Assembly: GCA_028534125.1 (NCBI GenBank)
Contig: CM052832.1
Location: 24,864,001 to 24,928,000 of the forward strand
Source: Lama glama
Taxonomy: Eukaryota
Direction: 5' to 3'
DNA length: 64,000 nt
In this document: positions 24,575 to 37,294 of the stretch, piece after piece
How the letters are laid out: the number at the start of each line of letters is the position of its first letter
Position numbering within the stretch: the stretch's first letter is position 1
The notes under the pieces: generated by a model
Seen by the model: the letters and a program-made list of their open reading frames with translations, nothing else
What the model was told of the DNA's origin: nothing
Databases searched by the model: none
Program-made: the position numbers and the translations under genes

Positions 24575-25000
24575 AATCTTACCCATTCTTTAAAGCTCAG
24601 CTCTTGAATCAACTCTCTAGTTTGCTTCTCAGTCTTTAAAGCATGTACAAGGGACTGAGGATCTCATTAAAATGTAGCTTCTGATCCAGCAGGTCTGGAG
24701 TAGTGCCTTAGATTCTGCATTTCATGCACATGCGCTGGTCCATGGACCATGCTTTGAGCAGCAAGGGACTAGATTATTCCAGCCTCCAATTCAACATCAT
24801 CTTCTAAACTCCAATGGCACTTAACACTCTGTTGTCTAGTATTTCAGTCTTGTGTTGTTTCCTATTTTGTGAAAGTTAGTCTTAACTTCCCAGATTGTGA
24901 ACTCCGGAAGGAAAGAATCTTATCTAATATGCATCTGTCCCTCAACATGCTGCGCATGTTGCTAAGCAAAGTAGGCACTCGACTAGCTTTGAAAATCAGT
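24575..25000 (+). mobile_element. L2 3' fragment with nested MER5A-like MITE (~24618-24766)
   Basis: L2 TTTAAAGCTCAGCTC...AGATTGTGAACTCC; MER5A-like GGATCTCATTAAAATG...GATTCTGCATTTC...GGACCATGCTTTGAGCAGCAAGG. Confidence 0.7.
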
Positions 25001-25929
25001 GAACAAGTCATTTGAGACAGCTCAGAGCAATCTCCAGTAAGAGAACCAGGGCCTCGGGCAAAAATACCCATTCAAGGTATCATCCTCACCACCACCCTCC
25101 GGTGGTGCCTGTGAGAAGTGGTAATCGTTCCCATGCACAGAGCAGGTACAGATTTGCAAGACTTACACTTGGGTGAGCAAGAAATGGAAGCTGTTTTTCA
25201 TTCCTGTAACTGAATTTAATCGTAATGTCAAGCTTCACCTTCTGCCTGATTGCAGAAAACATTTTCTTGACCAAATTTAGATAAACCGAATTACACCCGG
25301 GTTTCTCCACTATTTTAGAATTTCCCTTCTCCCTCTGTCTCCCTTTGTCAGCCTTCCCCATAGGCATTCATTGCCACTGTCACCACTGGTCTTCAGTTGT
25401 CAGTCCCACACTGCTTCCTCCTTTCAGCCTCTCTATGCCCAGGGGTCCTTTTGGAGCCATCTCATAGCCCTCTTATTAGGTTCAAGGATTTCTACATTTT
25501 TTTTAAGTTTTTCCTGGGAAAATTATATCCCACAGATGGTTTAAAGATTTTCTTTTTGCCTCAACTGGCCCTTGAGAAACTTCAATAATAATGAAAAATG
25601 GTACAGATATTCAAATGTATGTAAAAGTATTTTTCTATTATATGTTATGCCATAACACTTTAAAAATATATTTTAATACCTTAGAAAGTTTTTAATAAAA
25701 ATAAACAATAATTTTTATTGTTTATAATAGTTTATAATTCTATGCCAGGTGTGATTTTAGGCAGGGCTGGTTACAGCAAGACATCAGCCAGGAACGTGCC
25801 ACGTGGCACAGAGAGGAAGCATCCTCCTTGCTTTTCAGGAGCTTCCCATTAGGAGAAAAACAGGGAGTTCTCCAAATAAACCTGAGTTTAGGTGAGTGAA
25901 CATGTTTAACAGTTGGCATGATGTTCAGA

Positions 25930-26108
25930 GGAGGCGCACCATGATAAGAATAATATAAATATGAAACCCAAGCTTCAGGGCGCCTTGCTTCCACAGCCCC
26001 CTTCCAAGACCCTGTTTCTAATTTGGGTTCTTTTTTTTTTCTCTCTCTCTCAAAGAGTCCCTCAAGTTGTACAAGCTTCAATCTGCACAAAATCTAGATC
26101 TGCCCTGG
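25930..26108. mobile_element. hAT-Tip100-like MITE (MER91-like)
   Basis: AAGCTTCAGGGC and terminal CACAAAATCTAGATCTGCCCTG. Confidence 0.45.
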
Positions 26109-26719
26109 TGTATCATGGAAGGGCTGAGTGTGATGGTTGGTAGTGATGATACTGGTGAAGAAAGAACTGAGGTAGAGGGAGGGAGGGTGAAGCTCAGTGC
26201 GACATGCCAGGTGGACACGGGTCAGAATGCACTGTGTTCCCTTCGGAACCTGATATTTCTCTTCTCCAATGTACATGTCTGTGATCGGCACCATTATTGG
26301 CTCAATCTGGTCTTAGAACCCCAGGGTCATGCTGGCTCCTCCTTTAGCCACCAGTGGAATAGACTCTATCCCAGCCATGCTTTCAGCCTACATCTCCTCC
26401 TTTCCAGTCCCACCACTGTCACCATAGCTCAGGCTGCCATTAGAGCTAATCGCAAACCCCGCCGTCGACAGCCAGCCATCTCCCGACTGCCTCCAGCTCC
26501 ACCCTTCCTGGACTCTGTGACCTGACCTCCTCCTGGTTCCCCAGAAAAGCCTGGTGAATGCAGCATCTAATACACACGTGAAGGATTAATAAAGCTGCAG
26601 TGAACAAGAGAGAACCTGTGCATTCAGGAACGCCGCTGGGCTGCAGGAGATTTGTCTAGAAGGCGTCTAACACACTGTACCTACAGGAAAGAGCTTGGGC
26701 TTGGAGGCTGATTCGGTGG

Positions 26720-27046
26720 GCAGTCATCTGGTTGCAAGGAAGGCAAATCCATGCAATCTAGGCAGAGTAAAGGGGTCTTGTTGCAAGGATACAGAGACCC
26801 TCCTGGGATCCAAGGGCAGGAAGCCAGGCAGGGCCTCACAGAAAACGGACATCACAGGGCAGCTTATCTTTTACCTCCCTGATCGGGAGCCGCACTGTCA
26901 CTCTCTCTTCCAGCATGACTTTTCTGCTGTCCCGTGGAAGGCCAAGTGCCTCTGCAAACTGTACCTCCAAATACCGTCACACTGTAAAGTACTGGGGTTT
27001 AGGACCTTAACATGAATTTGGGGGGAACACAATTCCGTGCATAACA
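26720..27046 (-). mobile_element. MaLR LTR fragments (old MLT1-like plus MLT1A-type 5' end)
   Basis: CTCCAAATACCGTCACACTG...ACATGAATTTGGGGGGAACACAATTC...ATAACA. Confidence 0.6.
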
Positions 27047-27929
27047 CACCCCTTCTGACAGAATCTAAGCAACCTACTTAATGAGAAGTTCCTCTTGAGG
27101 AAAACGGGGACACTATTGCCTCATGTGGTTTATGTGAAGACGGAATAAGGGGGTGCATGTGGATTGTTAAAAGATAGCTATAATCACTATTATTTTCTCC
27201 CAGACGGGCAGGCAGGGCACCCACTTCCTGCGCTTCAGAACTGTCCTTGTTTCCCATCGGATGGCTTCGCTCCCGCCCTCTTCTTCTGTCTTGGGTTAAT
27301 CGTGGTCACTGCATATTCCTCACCTTACGTGGGATAAGTAGGGTATTTTAAACACCAATTTTATTATCCAGTTATGTTAACGGTGCGTGAAATAACATGT
27401 GAAGAGCCCATTAAACATTGTGAAAGAGTTTCCATTTCTTAAAAATGAGGGAATAATAAGAGAGGCCAACATAATTCACTGCTCAGGGGGAGAGAAGCTG
27501 ACTTTCATCTTCAGATGCCCTTCTAGGAGACGCAACTTTCCGAACTTGAAACTCAGCATTTCAGACAAATTTGGGAAACTGCTGACCCTCGGAGGCACTA
27601 TCCAGAAACATGTTTTTGACCAAGAAATAATTAAGTGTGGGTGAAAAAATCACGGGAATAAAAATTAAAGACCTTGTAGTGGAGATGAATTTTGATTCAA
27701 AGTGTAATTTTTTTTTCCTTTCCTGAAATTCTATTCTGCTGTCTGACTCACACCTCACCATAGGAGCACACTGTCAGTCCCAGGTATAAGCTGCTGAAAA
27801 AAGGCTGAAGGATAAATCCACAAACAAGTTCTGCCCAGACCCTCTGCTCTACCTGAGACTAACACCAGCCCTGCCCTAGGCCCTCAGGAACTTCAGGCGA
27901 CCATGGCTTCTAATAGCCTGTGCATGGAC

Positions 27930-29205
27930 CTCTGGTGACCCTTCACTCACTTCTGCAGACTGTTTTATGTCCTAGAATTACAGACTCCTTAGAATACTTT
28001 GTCCACCTGACTCCTGGGACACCATACTCCCCCTGGATATTTTTCTACCACATGGGTCTCCTTTTTTGGGAGCCTTTGCTGGTTTCTCATCTCCCTGACC
28101 CTTTACCATCAGAGATTCCAGCATTTGGACTTGGGCTTCTTTTCTGCTGCATCTACAGTCATTCCCTTGATGCTTACATCCAGTCTCACGGCTGTAAATA
28201 CCAGGTGTCAGGTGACAACTTCACGATTTAGCGCTCTCCTGGACTCCAGACTCATATGTCAAGCTGCTTACTGGGGTGCCTAATAGGTATCAAACGTAAC
28301 TTTCCCCAAATCAGACTCCTGATCTTCTCCCACAGACCTGCTCCGTCTACAGAATTCCCCGTCTCACTCAGCGTCAACTACATCCTACCTGTTGCTCAGG
28401 CCAAAGCCAAGAACTCTTGATCTGTCCTTGACTCATCTCTTTGTTTTCACACTCAGCTCCCAACCCAAAAGCAAATCCTCCCAGCTCTACCTTCAAAATA
28501 TATCCTGAGATTTATCTCTTCTCACCACCTCCACAGCCTGTTCCCTGGTCCAAGCCACTGCCGTGCTCCATCTTGACTATTGCTGTGTCTTTGCTTCCCC
28601 ATAGACTATTCTGTACATGGAAGGATTCTTTTAGAACACAAGGCAGACCATAGCACTCCACTGCTCAACCCACCAGTGGCTGCCGTTTCCCCGAGAGCGA
28701 GACCCAGGATCTATACAGTGACCTCAGGGTCCTGTGATCTGACCTCCCTCGTCACTTCTCTGATTCCTCTCCTCTTCCTTCACTTTGCTCCAGTGACACT
28801 AACCTTCTCTCTATTCTTCAGCCCATGCTAAGTGTGCTCCTCCTGCAACATCTCCCTGTCTCATCTGCCTGTAAGGCATGTCCCACATGTAGCCGCCCGG
28901 CTGGATTCCTTTGAGTCTTGTATGGACTTGATGAAATGTTAACTTCTCTTTGAGGCCCTCGCTATTCAAAATTACAGCCAACTCCCCAACCTGTACCAGA
29001 CTTTCTCTCCCCCATCCCCGCTGTGTTTTCTCCATGGCCTTTGTCACCGTTTGACATACCAGATGCTTTCTTACAGGTTATGTTTACCTTCCTTCTCTTA
29101 ATACCGTAATATAACCTCCATGAGGTCAGGGCTTTATCTACTTTGTTTACTTTTTGTTTACCAAGTACCCAAAACAGATCAATCTATTGTATGGATCTAT
29201 GAATG
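27930..29205 (+). mobile_element. L2 (L2a-type) long fragment to 3' end
   Basis: CATCCAGTCTCACGGCTGTAAATACC, GTTGCTCAGGCCAAA, CTCTACCTTCAAAATATATCC, CTCCATGAGGTCAGGG. Confidence 0.85.
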
Positions 29206-29599
29206 ATTGTTGATGCTGGAAAATTACTTAGAGAATATCTCATTCAACCACCTCTATTATAGCTGAGAAAACTGAAGCAAATCCAATAACAATTTGCTGA
29301 ATATCACACAATTTGTTAATGACAGAGCCAAGATTAGAACTCAGGTTTCCTGACTGCGAACCCAGCCTTTCATCAAGTAAAGCATCATCTGTCTTTTGTC
29401 CAAGTGGATTACAATGTTTGTGGACAGAGAGCATGGTCTCAAATTTCTCTCTAATCCTGGTATCCAGCACAGTTCAAAATAATGGCAGATTAAACCAGTG
29501 GAAACTTTAAATCCTTAAGAGTGTTAAGGATGGATTTTTTTTTCTGAGCTTTAGAGTACACTTGACTTATGAGTCAGCTTCTAACAGAGACATAAGAAT

Positions 29600-29850
29600 A
29601 CCAATGATAGCCACCACTGCTGAGTACCCACCAAATAGCAGGCCTATGTACATTATCTCATTTAATTCTCCCAACAACCTCTAAGGAAGATATTGTTGTA
29701 TTCTCCTCTTGCAGATGAGTAGGTGAGTACAGAGAGGTTAAACAACTTGTCCAACTCCATACAGCCAGTAAGAAGCAGAGCTGAGGCTCAAGGTCATGTC
29801 TGTTTGACTTGGAGCCCATGTTCTGATCCACCGCACCGTACTGCCTCTTG
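29600..29850 (-). mobile_element. MIR SINE
   Basis: ATCTCATTTAATTCTCCCAACAACC...ACAGAGAGGTTAAACAACTTGTCCAA. Confidence 0.8.
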
Positions 29851-30159
29851 CATGTAGGTCCAAATGGCTTCAAAGCCTATTCAGCAAGGAGCATTTGATT
29901 CCAGATATCCTAATAAAACCCAGAGCCTACTACTTCATAAAGTACAACAGGGGAAACTTCCTTTGGCCCCTAAGGGGTAGCCATTCGCTAATCAGTGTGC
30001 CATCTGGAATGCTGACCCCAAAGCAAGAACTTTCACCACTGATTTAAGCAATTAAATGTTAGGAAGCTCGTATAAAGTAGTAAGAAGAGCATAGAACCCT
30101 CTTCATTGTGCATGTGGGAGGGGATGCATGCAGGACGGGAGAGGACTGGTAGAAAGTGA

Positions 30160-30400
30160 GTAAGTTCCCATCTGTTGAGGCACCAGGAGTCATATAGGCA
30201 CGTTAGAGGTGTTATTCCGTTTATCCCTCTTAACATCCTAACGTTCTGAAGTAACTATCAGGATAATATTCTCTTACTACAGATGAGAAACAGAGGTTTA
30301 AAGAGAGAGCTTGCCCAAGGTCATCCAGCTGTCAGGAGAAGAGCCAGGCTTTGGGCACAGAGGACCAGGATTCTGAAACCATCAGACATTTCCTAATCGC
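30160..30400 (-). mobile_element. MIR SINE
   Basis: TACAGATGAGAAACAGAGG...CTTGCCCAAGGTCATCCAGCT. Confidence 0.75.
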
Positions 30401-32144
30401 CACTGAGCAAGCTCAGAAAATGTTAAGTTCTAGAGTGAGATTTGCCATTGATGCAACCAAGCCTCAGTCTCTCTGTGTGAGAATGAGGCAGTTATATTAG
30501 GTGTTCTCGAAGCATTAACATTCTTCTGTTCTGGATTTCACCCAGCCTGCACAAAGACCCTTAAGGGCCTTTGGGTGATGGAAAAAGTCTGAAATCATTG
30601 ACATTCCCTAACAGGGAGTGAGAATGAGTAATTTAGTTCAGTTGTGATGGTTAAGGTGATTAAAAAAAAACATGTGTGAAACACGGAAGGAAGGAGTGAT
30701 TCATACCCTGTTAGTGCACAACAAAAATTCTGCCAGACCTTTCAGAGCATGAAAGAAATGAAGTCACACAGAGAGAGGACCACCTCTGCGGGCTGCCAAG
30801 CCTCTGCTAATGGTACTTCCTCCTCTTTCTCAGAGCTACCAAAGAGCACGTGTCCACAGAAGTGGGTCATGGGATTGGAGAGTTTAGAAGGTAGGGGAAA
30901 GAAGAATAAGAACGTATTATGAAGTGCCATTAATGATACCTAAGAGGAGTGGACATCAGGGGAGCTGCTAGTGAACCCGGACAGAACTGAGGGGCACAGA
31001 AAGTGTTATTGGAGAGTGCGAGGGGGGCAATTCCACGTATTTTCCAGTTAGGTCTTGAGATGGGCGGGTGTCAGAGCCATAGAGCTTAGTGAAACCAGGA
31101 GGGGAAGATGGGAAAACTGATGAAGTAAGATGAGATTGAGGCTGTGATGCTGAAAGTGGAGCAGAACGTCCTTTTACAGAGATCCTAGTGGACTGTGCTG
31201 GGATGAGGTGACATCTGAAAGGATTAATGCCAGGCATCTGTTGAGCTATTTGGCCTCTTTTACAATTGGCAATGTAAGCATTGGCAAACCCATCCTTTTA
31301 CCATACCCTCTGGACTGCTTACAAAATGGCGGTGGGAGCAGTAAGGTCTATACTGGAAGTTTAGTCAACACTCGTGGAATAGAAGACAGACAGTGGTGCT
31401 CTGACGTGCCCGTCCAGAGAGCCATCTGTGTTCTTTTGGAACAGTCATTGGTGTTTGAAAGTCTGGTGGCTGCCAGGAAGTTGTCCAGCGAGTCTCAAAG
31501 AGAGAGCAGAGTTTTACCCTTGAAGGGTATATCCCTGGTATATGTTTTAAGGAAGGATAAATCTGAGCAAATCTGGGCAGAAAGCTCATATGAAGAACAC
31601 ATGCTTAGAGCTGAGAGAGACCAAAAATCTGTTTGGTTTTAAAAATAGATTCAATTGTATGACTCACATTTAAGTTCACCCCACCACCATTTTGGACTGC
31701 TTCTGTGTATCTTAGTATCAGCAGGAATTAGGATTTTTTTAAACAATAAAAAAATAATAATACCTTAAGAGTCAAAGAAGAAAGCCCAAGCCAGCAAGGA
31801 AGAGGAACTGATGGAGACCAGGTGACCAGGGCACATGAGGGAGAGACCCCAGCAGCCCTGCAGCCCAGTGCTCTCCCAGGGAGACAGGGCCATCTCACCT
31901 GTGTGGCCAGCGAAGCCTTCCAAGTGCTCTGGCCTCTGGCCTTGTCCTTCCCAACGAGGCCCAAGCAACATCCCTCATAAAGCCGGATCTGCCCAGGAAG
32001 ATGTCAACAACTCTTTTTAAACCTATCATCCCGGGTCACACTCTCTAGAAATGCCCACCTTCCATCTTGTTGTTACTGACACGTCCATTGTGAGAAGTAA
32101 GATCCGTGACTGGTCCACACTGGGTTACCAGGGCTGCCGTAACA

Positions 32145-32681
32145 ATCCATGCATCTGTTGATGGACACTTAGGTTGTTTCCGTATCTTGGCAATTGTAAA
32201 TAATTGCTGCTGTGAACATTGGGGTGCACGTATCTTTTCGAATTAGTGTTTTTGGGCTTTTTGGATATATATCCAGGAGTGGAATTGATGGGTCATATGG
32301 CAGTTCTATTTTAGTTTTTTGAGAAATCTCCATAATGTTTTCCACTGTGGCTGCACCAATTTACCGTCCTACCAACAGTGTACAAGTGTTCCCTTCAATC
32401 CACATCCTTGCCAGTATTTGTTATTCATGTTCTTTTTGATGATAGCCATTCTGACAGGTGTGAGGTGATATCTCATTGTAGTTTTGATTACATTTCCCTG
32501 ATGATTAGCAATATTGAGCATCTTTTCATGTGCCTGTTGACCATCTGCATTTCTTCTTTGGAAAAATGTCTATTTAGTACTTCTGCCCATTTTTAATTGG
32601 GTTTTTTTTATGTTGAGTTGTATGAGCTGTTTATATATACGTTGGATATTAATCCCTTATCAGCCATATCATTTGCAAATA
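32145..32681 (-). mobile_element. L1 ORF2 C-terminal fragment lacking the 3'UTR/poly(A)
   Basis: CATCTGTTGATGGACACTTAGGTTG...ATATCATTTGCAAATA; no tail and no TSD seen. Confidence 0.9.
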
Positions 32682-32869
32682 AGTTCATAAGATAAGCCCA
32701 CATAAAGAAAAGATTTGGGTTCGGTTTTACAGAGAATAAATGTGGCATAAGTTCCTAGTAATAAGATGCAAGGGAAGTCCAGATTCTAGGGTATTAGTAA
32801 GAATACAACAACTAGCCCAGCTCCCTCTACCCCTGGGTAAAGGCAACTTGGCTTCCTTTCATGTGGTCA

Positions 32870-33230
32870 CACTGTCTGCTTATAAGTCACAGAAATCCAA
32901 CTGGAGTTAGCTTAAGCAAAAGAAGGAAAATGTTGGCTCACAAAATCCAGCTGCTGAAGGGACAAGATGGGGTTGGCCTCAGGGCTCACAGGAACCAAAG
33001 TCTCCAGCCCACTGGGACCAAGTTCTCCACTGATTGCCCCTCTGTCTTTGTACTTCATACTCATTATTTTTCTCATGAACTAGGAGGCTTTAGCAGTTCC
33101 AGGCTTCTCTCTCTACAGCTTTGGAAGCAGAGGAAAAATGGTAGGTTTTGGTCAATTTTGGCTGAAAAATCCCAGCAACACACCTTGGATTAGCCAACCT
33201 TGGATTACATGCCTGTCCCCACCCAAGGTC
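32870..33230 (-). mobile_element. Old MaLR LTR fragment
   Basis: CAGAAATCCAACT...GCTTAAGCAAAAGAAGG...TTGGCTCAC; GATTAGCCAACCTTGGATTACATGCC. Confidence 0.55.
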
Positions 33231-33249
33231 CCAGATAGTCTCGTGGCAT

Positions 33250-33740
33250 CCTCCAACACTCCCTAAGGGATTTAGTCAAATGTGCCCTTGTCAGTAAGGC
33301 TAACCCTGGCTACTCCATCTAAACCTGTACTTCTCACCTGCCCCCTATTCTAGAAAGAATTTTCTAGAGAAAATTTCTATTTCTCCTTATACTGCTCTGT
33401 TTTTTCCCTTAGCATGTATTATCTCCTAATATATAATCTACTCATTTGTTTGTTGTCTGGCTCCTCCCACTATCATGTAAGCTCCATGAAACAGGGATCA
33501 TTGTCTGTTTTGTTTGTTACTGTATCCCAGTGTCTACAACAGTGTCTGGTGCACAGGGGCTCAATGAATATTTGCTTATGGAACAAAGGATGGCTTGATT
33601 ATTAATCTCCCTTTGACTAGACTATAATCCTCCTATTAGGGTGGGAATTTTAAATCTGTCTTGTTTAACTGACAAGTGTGCCTAGAATAGTGCCTGACAC
33701 CTAGAGGACCCTCACTAAGTATTTGTTGACTTCAATCATT
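33250..33740 (+). mobile_element. Two consecutive L2 3' ends
   Basis: ATGTAAGCTCCATGAAACAGGG...GCTCAATGAATATTTG; second copy AATAGTGCCTGACAC...AAGTATTTGTTGA. Confidence 0.8.
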
Positions 33741-35289
33741 GAGTCCCTGTGACTGTGGAGATGGCCCGAAAATAGCACTCCCCCCACGGCTACCTGGCTT
33801 CATCGATTCACTTCGCAGAAGTGGAGTTCTGTTGTGCTAAATAAATATCTACTGTGCTTTCCTAACGTGGAGTGGGGTGAACTTGAATTTGAAGCTCTAG
33901 TGCTGCATAAGGTTATAGCTGGGTACAAAGCAATGAAACATGGCTGTCTGCGTGAATCATAGAATAGTGAGGATGGGTACTATTGAGCCAGAGTTGACAA
34001 CCGCACTTGACACAAAGCACCAGGATTTAAAACAGTTCTCCAATCTTATGGGCACTTCTTATAGCCTGCCAGGATCCTTCTGAACTTTTCTTGACCTTGC
34101 CTTTCAAGAAAAATGCAGTTTTCAGTTGATAAGCACTACTAAAGCCATGCTCTACTACTATGGATATTAGCTCTCATACCTTATGTTATAGACATTACAG
34201 TTCTGTTCGATTTTTTAATATCTCCACATGCAAACCTTCTATTAAACGAAACCTTTGATCTCCCCCTACTCTGAATGTCTCCCAATAACCTGTTACCATG
34301 GAGATGATCACATACACTTCATTTAATTATGTAAACAGCATCTAGTTCTGTCCATCTTAATCTCACAAATAGGCAGTTTCATTTTTCCCTTTTCTGCTGT
34401 AAGTTTTGATCTTAGCTTAGGTGTATTTAGAGTGCCATGATTAAGGACCCAGGTGTTTCAAGTCAACAATGAAATTAAATTTCTCTTGATGAATTAACTA
34501 GACTCCCCCTAATTCAATATACAATTAATTCCAACATAGAAGAGACCATCTTTAACAAGGGAGCCCAAATTCACAAGGAGATCAGAGTTTCTACTTCAGT
34601 TTAATTATCGGAAACTTAGGACTGCCTTATTAAAGATGACAAAAACATATTTTAAAAATAAGAGCTGTTCCTTGGAAATAGAATCTGAAGAATATTAGAT
34701 GGCTGCCATAACAGCTCTTAAGTGCAGCCAAACAACCCAAAATGTCTATTGTCCTTATTTATTTTCGAGTAGGTTTGCCACATAAAGTACAATATTAAGG
34801 ACATATTCCTACTAAAAAAATTAATTGTAGTTTATCTGAAATTAAAATTTAACTGAACACTCTGTTATTTATTTGCAAAATGTGGTAGCCTATTTACGAG
34901 ACACAGTTGACTGTCAAATACTCATAGACTATTCAAATTTGTCCCAGGAAAAACTAAGGAGTTTCCATTGGAAGAAAAAGAAGACATGTCACTCAGGGAC
35001 CAATGGGTCTGCTGAGGGATCCAGGCCCAGCTCAGATCTCGGGTGCTGGTTCTCCAATACAACATAGAACCCCTAAAACTTGGTATAGCCACTAAAGGCT
35101 TTCTGTCCAGCTTTATGCAGGATGGGAGCAGGGAAAAAGGTTGTAATTAAGGCCAAGTGGCCAGGTGGTCCTTTCATGTTATGGAGCTGTTTTCTAATGG
35201 AGCTGTTTTCTAACGTACTGTCACTCTCTTTTCATGTTGGTAAAGAAAATGCAGCAAAATCCTCTTGGGCTTCTGCTTCTGATTAGCTT

Positions 35290-35500
35290 TGGAGTAGAGT
35301 CCAGAGAGTAGAGTTCTAGCCCCTTCACTGTAACTAACTCACTAAGTGGGCTTGGGGACATCCCTGGCATTTCGTGGCTCTCTTGGAGCCTGCTTTTACA
35401 GTTTTTATTCATAAAATGGGAATGACACCGACCCTGTCAAACTTGTGTTGCTGTTGCTTGCAAATAAGTTTGCATATGATGGTGTAAACGATGTGACTAT
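35290..35500 (+). mobile_element. MIR SINE
   Basis: TTTGGAGTAGAG...GAGTTCTAGCCCC...CATAAAATGGGAATGAC. Confidence 0.6.
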
Positions 35501-36469
35501 TATACAAGGCATGCAGACATGCCATGAACACCTGGTGTTACTGTTAATATTGCCCCTTTGTGATTTCCAAAGGTTGTTCAGTCCTGTGAGTGACAGGAAA
35601 GGCCAGTTGGGGTGGGAGGGCTGCCTGTCAGAACTGAAGGACCTCGTGTTTTTAACATTTGACTCTTCCCGGTGGGAGCCGGGCACAGAGGCCCTGGGCG
35701 TTAGCAAGACAAGCACCACCTCACAGGAGCAACAGCTCAGCCTGCTCTGGGGCAGCCGTCTCGGGTGACCGTGGGACTAACGGCTGCCCCCCTCCCCAGC
35801 AAGCCTGTCTGAGAAGTCTCCGGTTGTACCTCAGCAGGGCCTGTCTGAGTAATTACAGTCGCTGCCGTGAAACCAGATCTCTCTTCTCTGATGGGGTTGC
35901 TGGTTCCCACTCGGAAGTCTGGAAACAACAGGTGATAGTCCGTCATATACCCAGTATCCTAGCCAGTACCCTGGCCCTCGGCACTTAAAAAAGGAGGTGG
36001 AGCAAGGGAGAGAAACGTTCTTGTTTCAAGGTTTTATGAGGTAATTGCTCTGTGTGCCCAGAGGACCTGAAGGGAGGCCAAGAAAGAGGAGTTTCCGGTT
36101 GAAAATTGAATCAGAAGTCTTCGTGGTGTTGCCATCTGGGGCTAGGGTACTGGCTGGGGTCCTCATTATATTCTGAGCATTAATAAGAGGTGAGGAGGGC
36201 ACTCAGCTAGCCTCCAGAACCCTCTGCTCCATGCCATCTGCCTTCCGGAGGGCTTCCCTGCGTCCCTTCCTTATAGTCTCTGTCTTTATCCATCTTTAGT
36301 CACAACGGGGAGCCTGAGAAAGTGTGTATTTATCGATTAGCACACGTTGTGTGAAATCTTGTTTCTTAGTCTTCACTTAAAAGTAAGATGTAACATGCTG
36401 TTTGAGGAAAGCATCCCAGGAACTTGTTTGGAAAACAGAGGGATTTTTGAAGAAAGCACTGTTTTGTCT

Positions 36470-36615
36470 CTAGACGGCTGTTTTCATCTGCAGATCCTGG
36501 GCTTGAGCTGCAACGTCTCCTGCCTCCAGCCAGCCCTGCTCGCTTCAGACTGGCGCCCACAACCCCAGCTGGCAGAGCCAGTTCCTTAATATCTGTCCTG
36601 TTGCTGCTTTTCTAA
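36470..36615 (+). mobile_element. MLT2-like LTR 3' fragment
   Basis: GCCCTGCTCGCTTCAGACTGG...CCCACAACC...GAGCCAGTTCCTTAA. Confidence 0.5.
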
Positions 36616-37294
36616 ATTCAGTGGGTTTTTTTTTTTGTAACTGACAGACTCTTTGGTTTGTCTCAAGTCTGAAGTCAAGGGGAGATTCTGTCAGTAACCA
36701 AGGACCTCTCTGTCCTGAATGGGTCTTTCTTCAAATTGCAGGACTTGTCTCCATACTTGTGCTACTAAATGTATAAAGGTATATAGAGTTTTACCACCCC
36801 CTAGATTTTCTCTCTGTCCATTTATCTTTCAAAAATCTGAGTGCAGGGCCAGCATATACTTGAGCTCGGTGTTTAATAGTGACATTTAAATGTGAATAAA
36901 ATAAAAAAAAATACCCATGTAGTGTGAAATAAAAGATACAACTTTAAATAGCACTCCTTAAAAAAAACCTCTACCTAAGAAAATTAAGTCGATTTTATTT
37001 CTGCATAGTCCTTATCTGTTCAAATTTTCCCTTATGGCTCTGTAGCTCTCAATAAAATGATTCCCATTGTCCTAAATAGTATATTTTTTATGATTCAAAT
37101 TCAAAATACTCCCATTTCCCTTTCTATTAAAATTATTTTAAAACTTCTGCTTTGGTAGTCACTAACAATATGTAAAGTTGTCCTTTCTATGAAATTAGAT
37201 ACTTGTTTCTAGATATATATGTGTATATTCTGAAAAACTGACATTAGTTTTAACTCATAATAATGTGTATCTTGAGTTATGAATTCCTTTTAAA

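Noticed and set aside
31208..31642. 144-aa ORF in non-repeat DNA
   Set aside because: Non-ATG start and no recognisable homology; length is within chance expectation.
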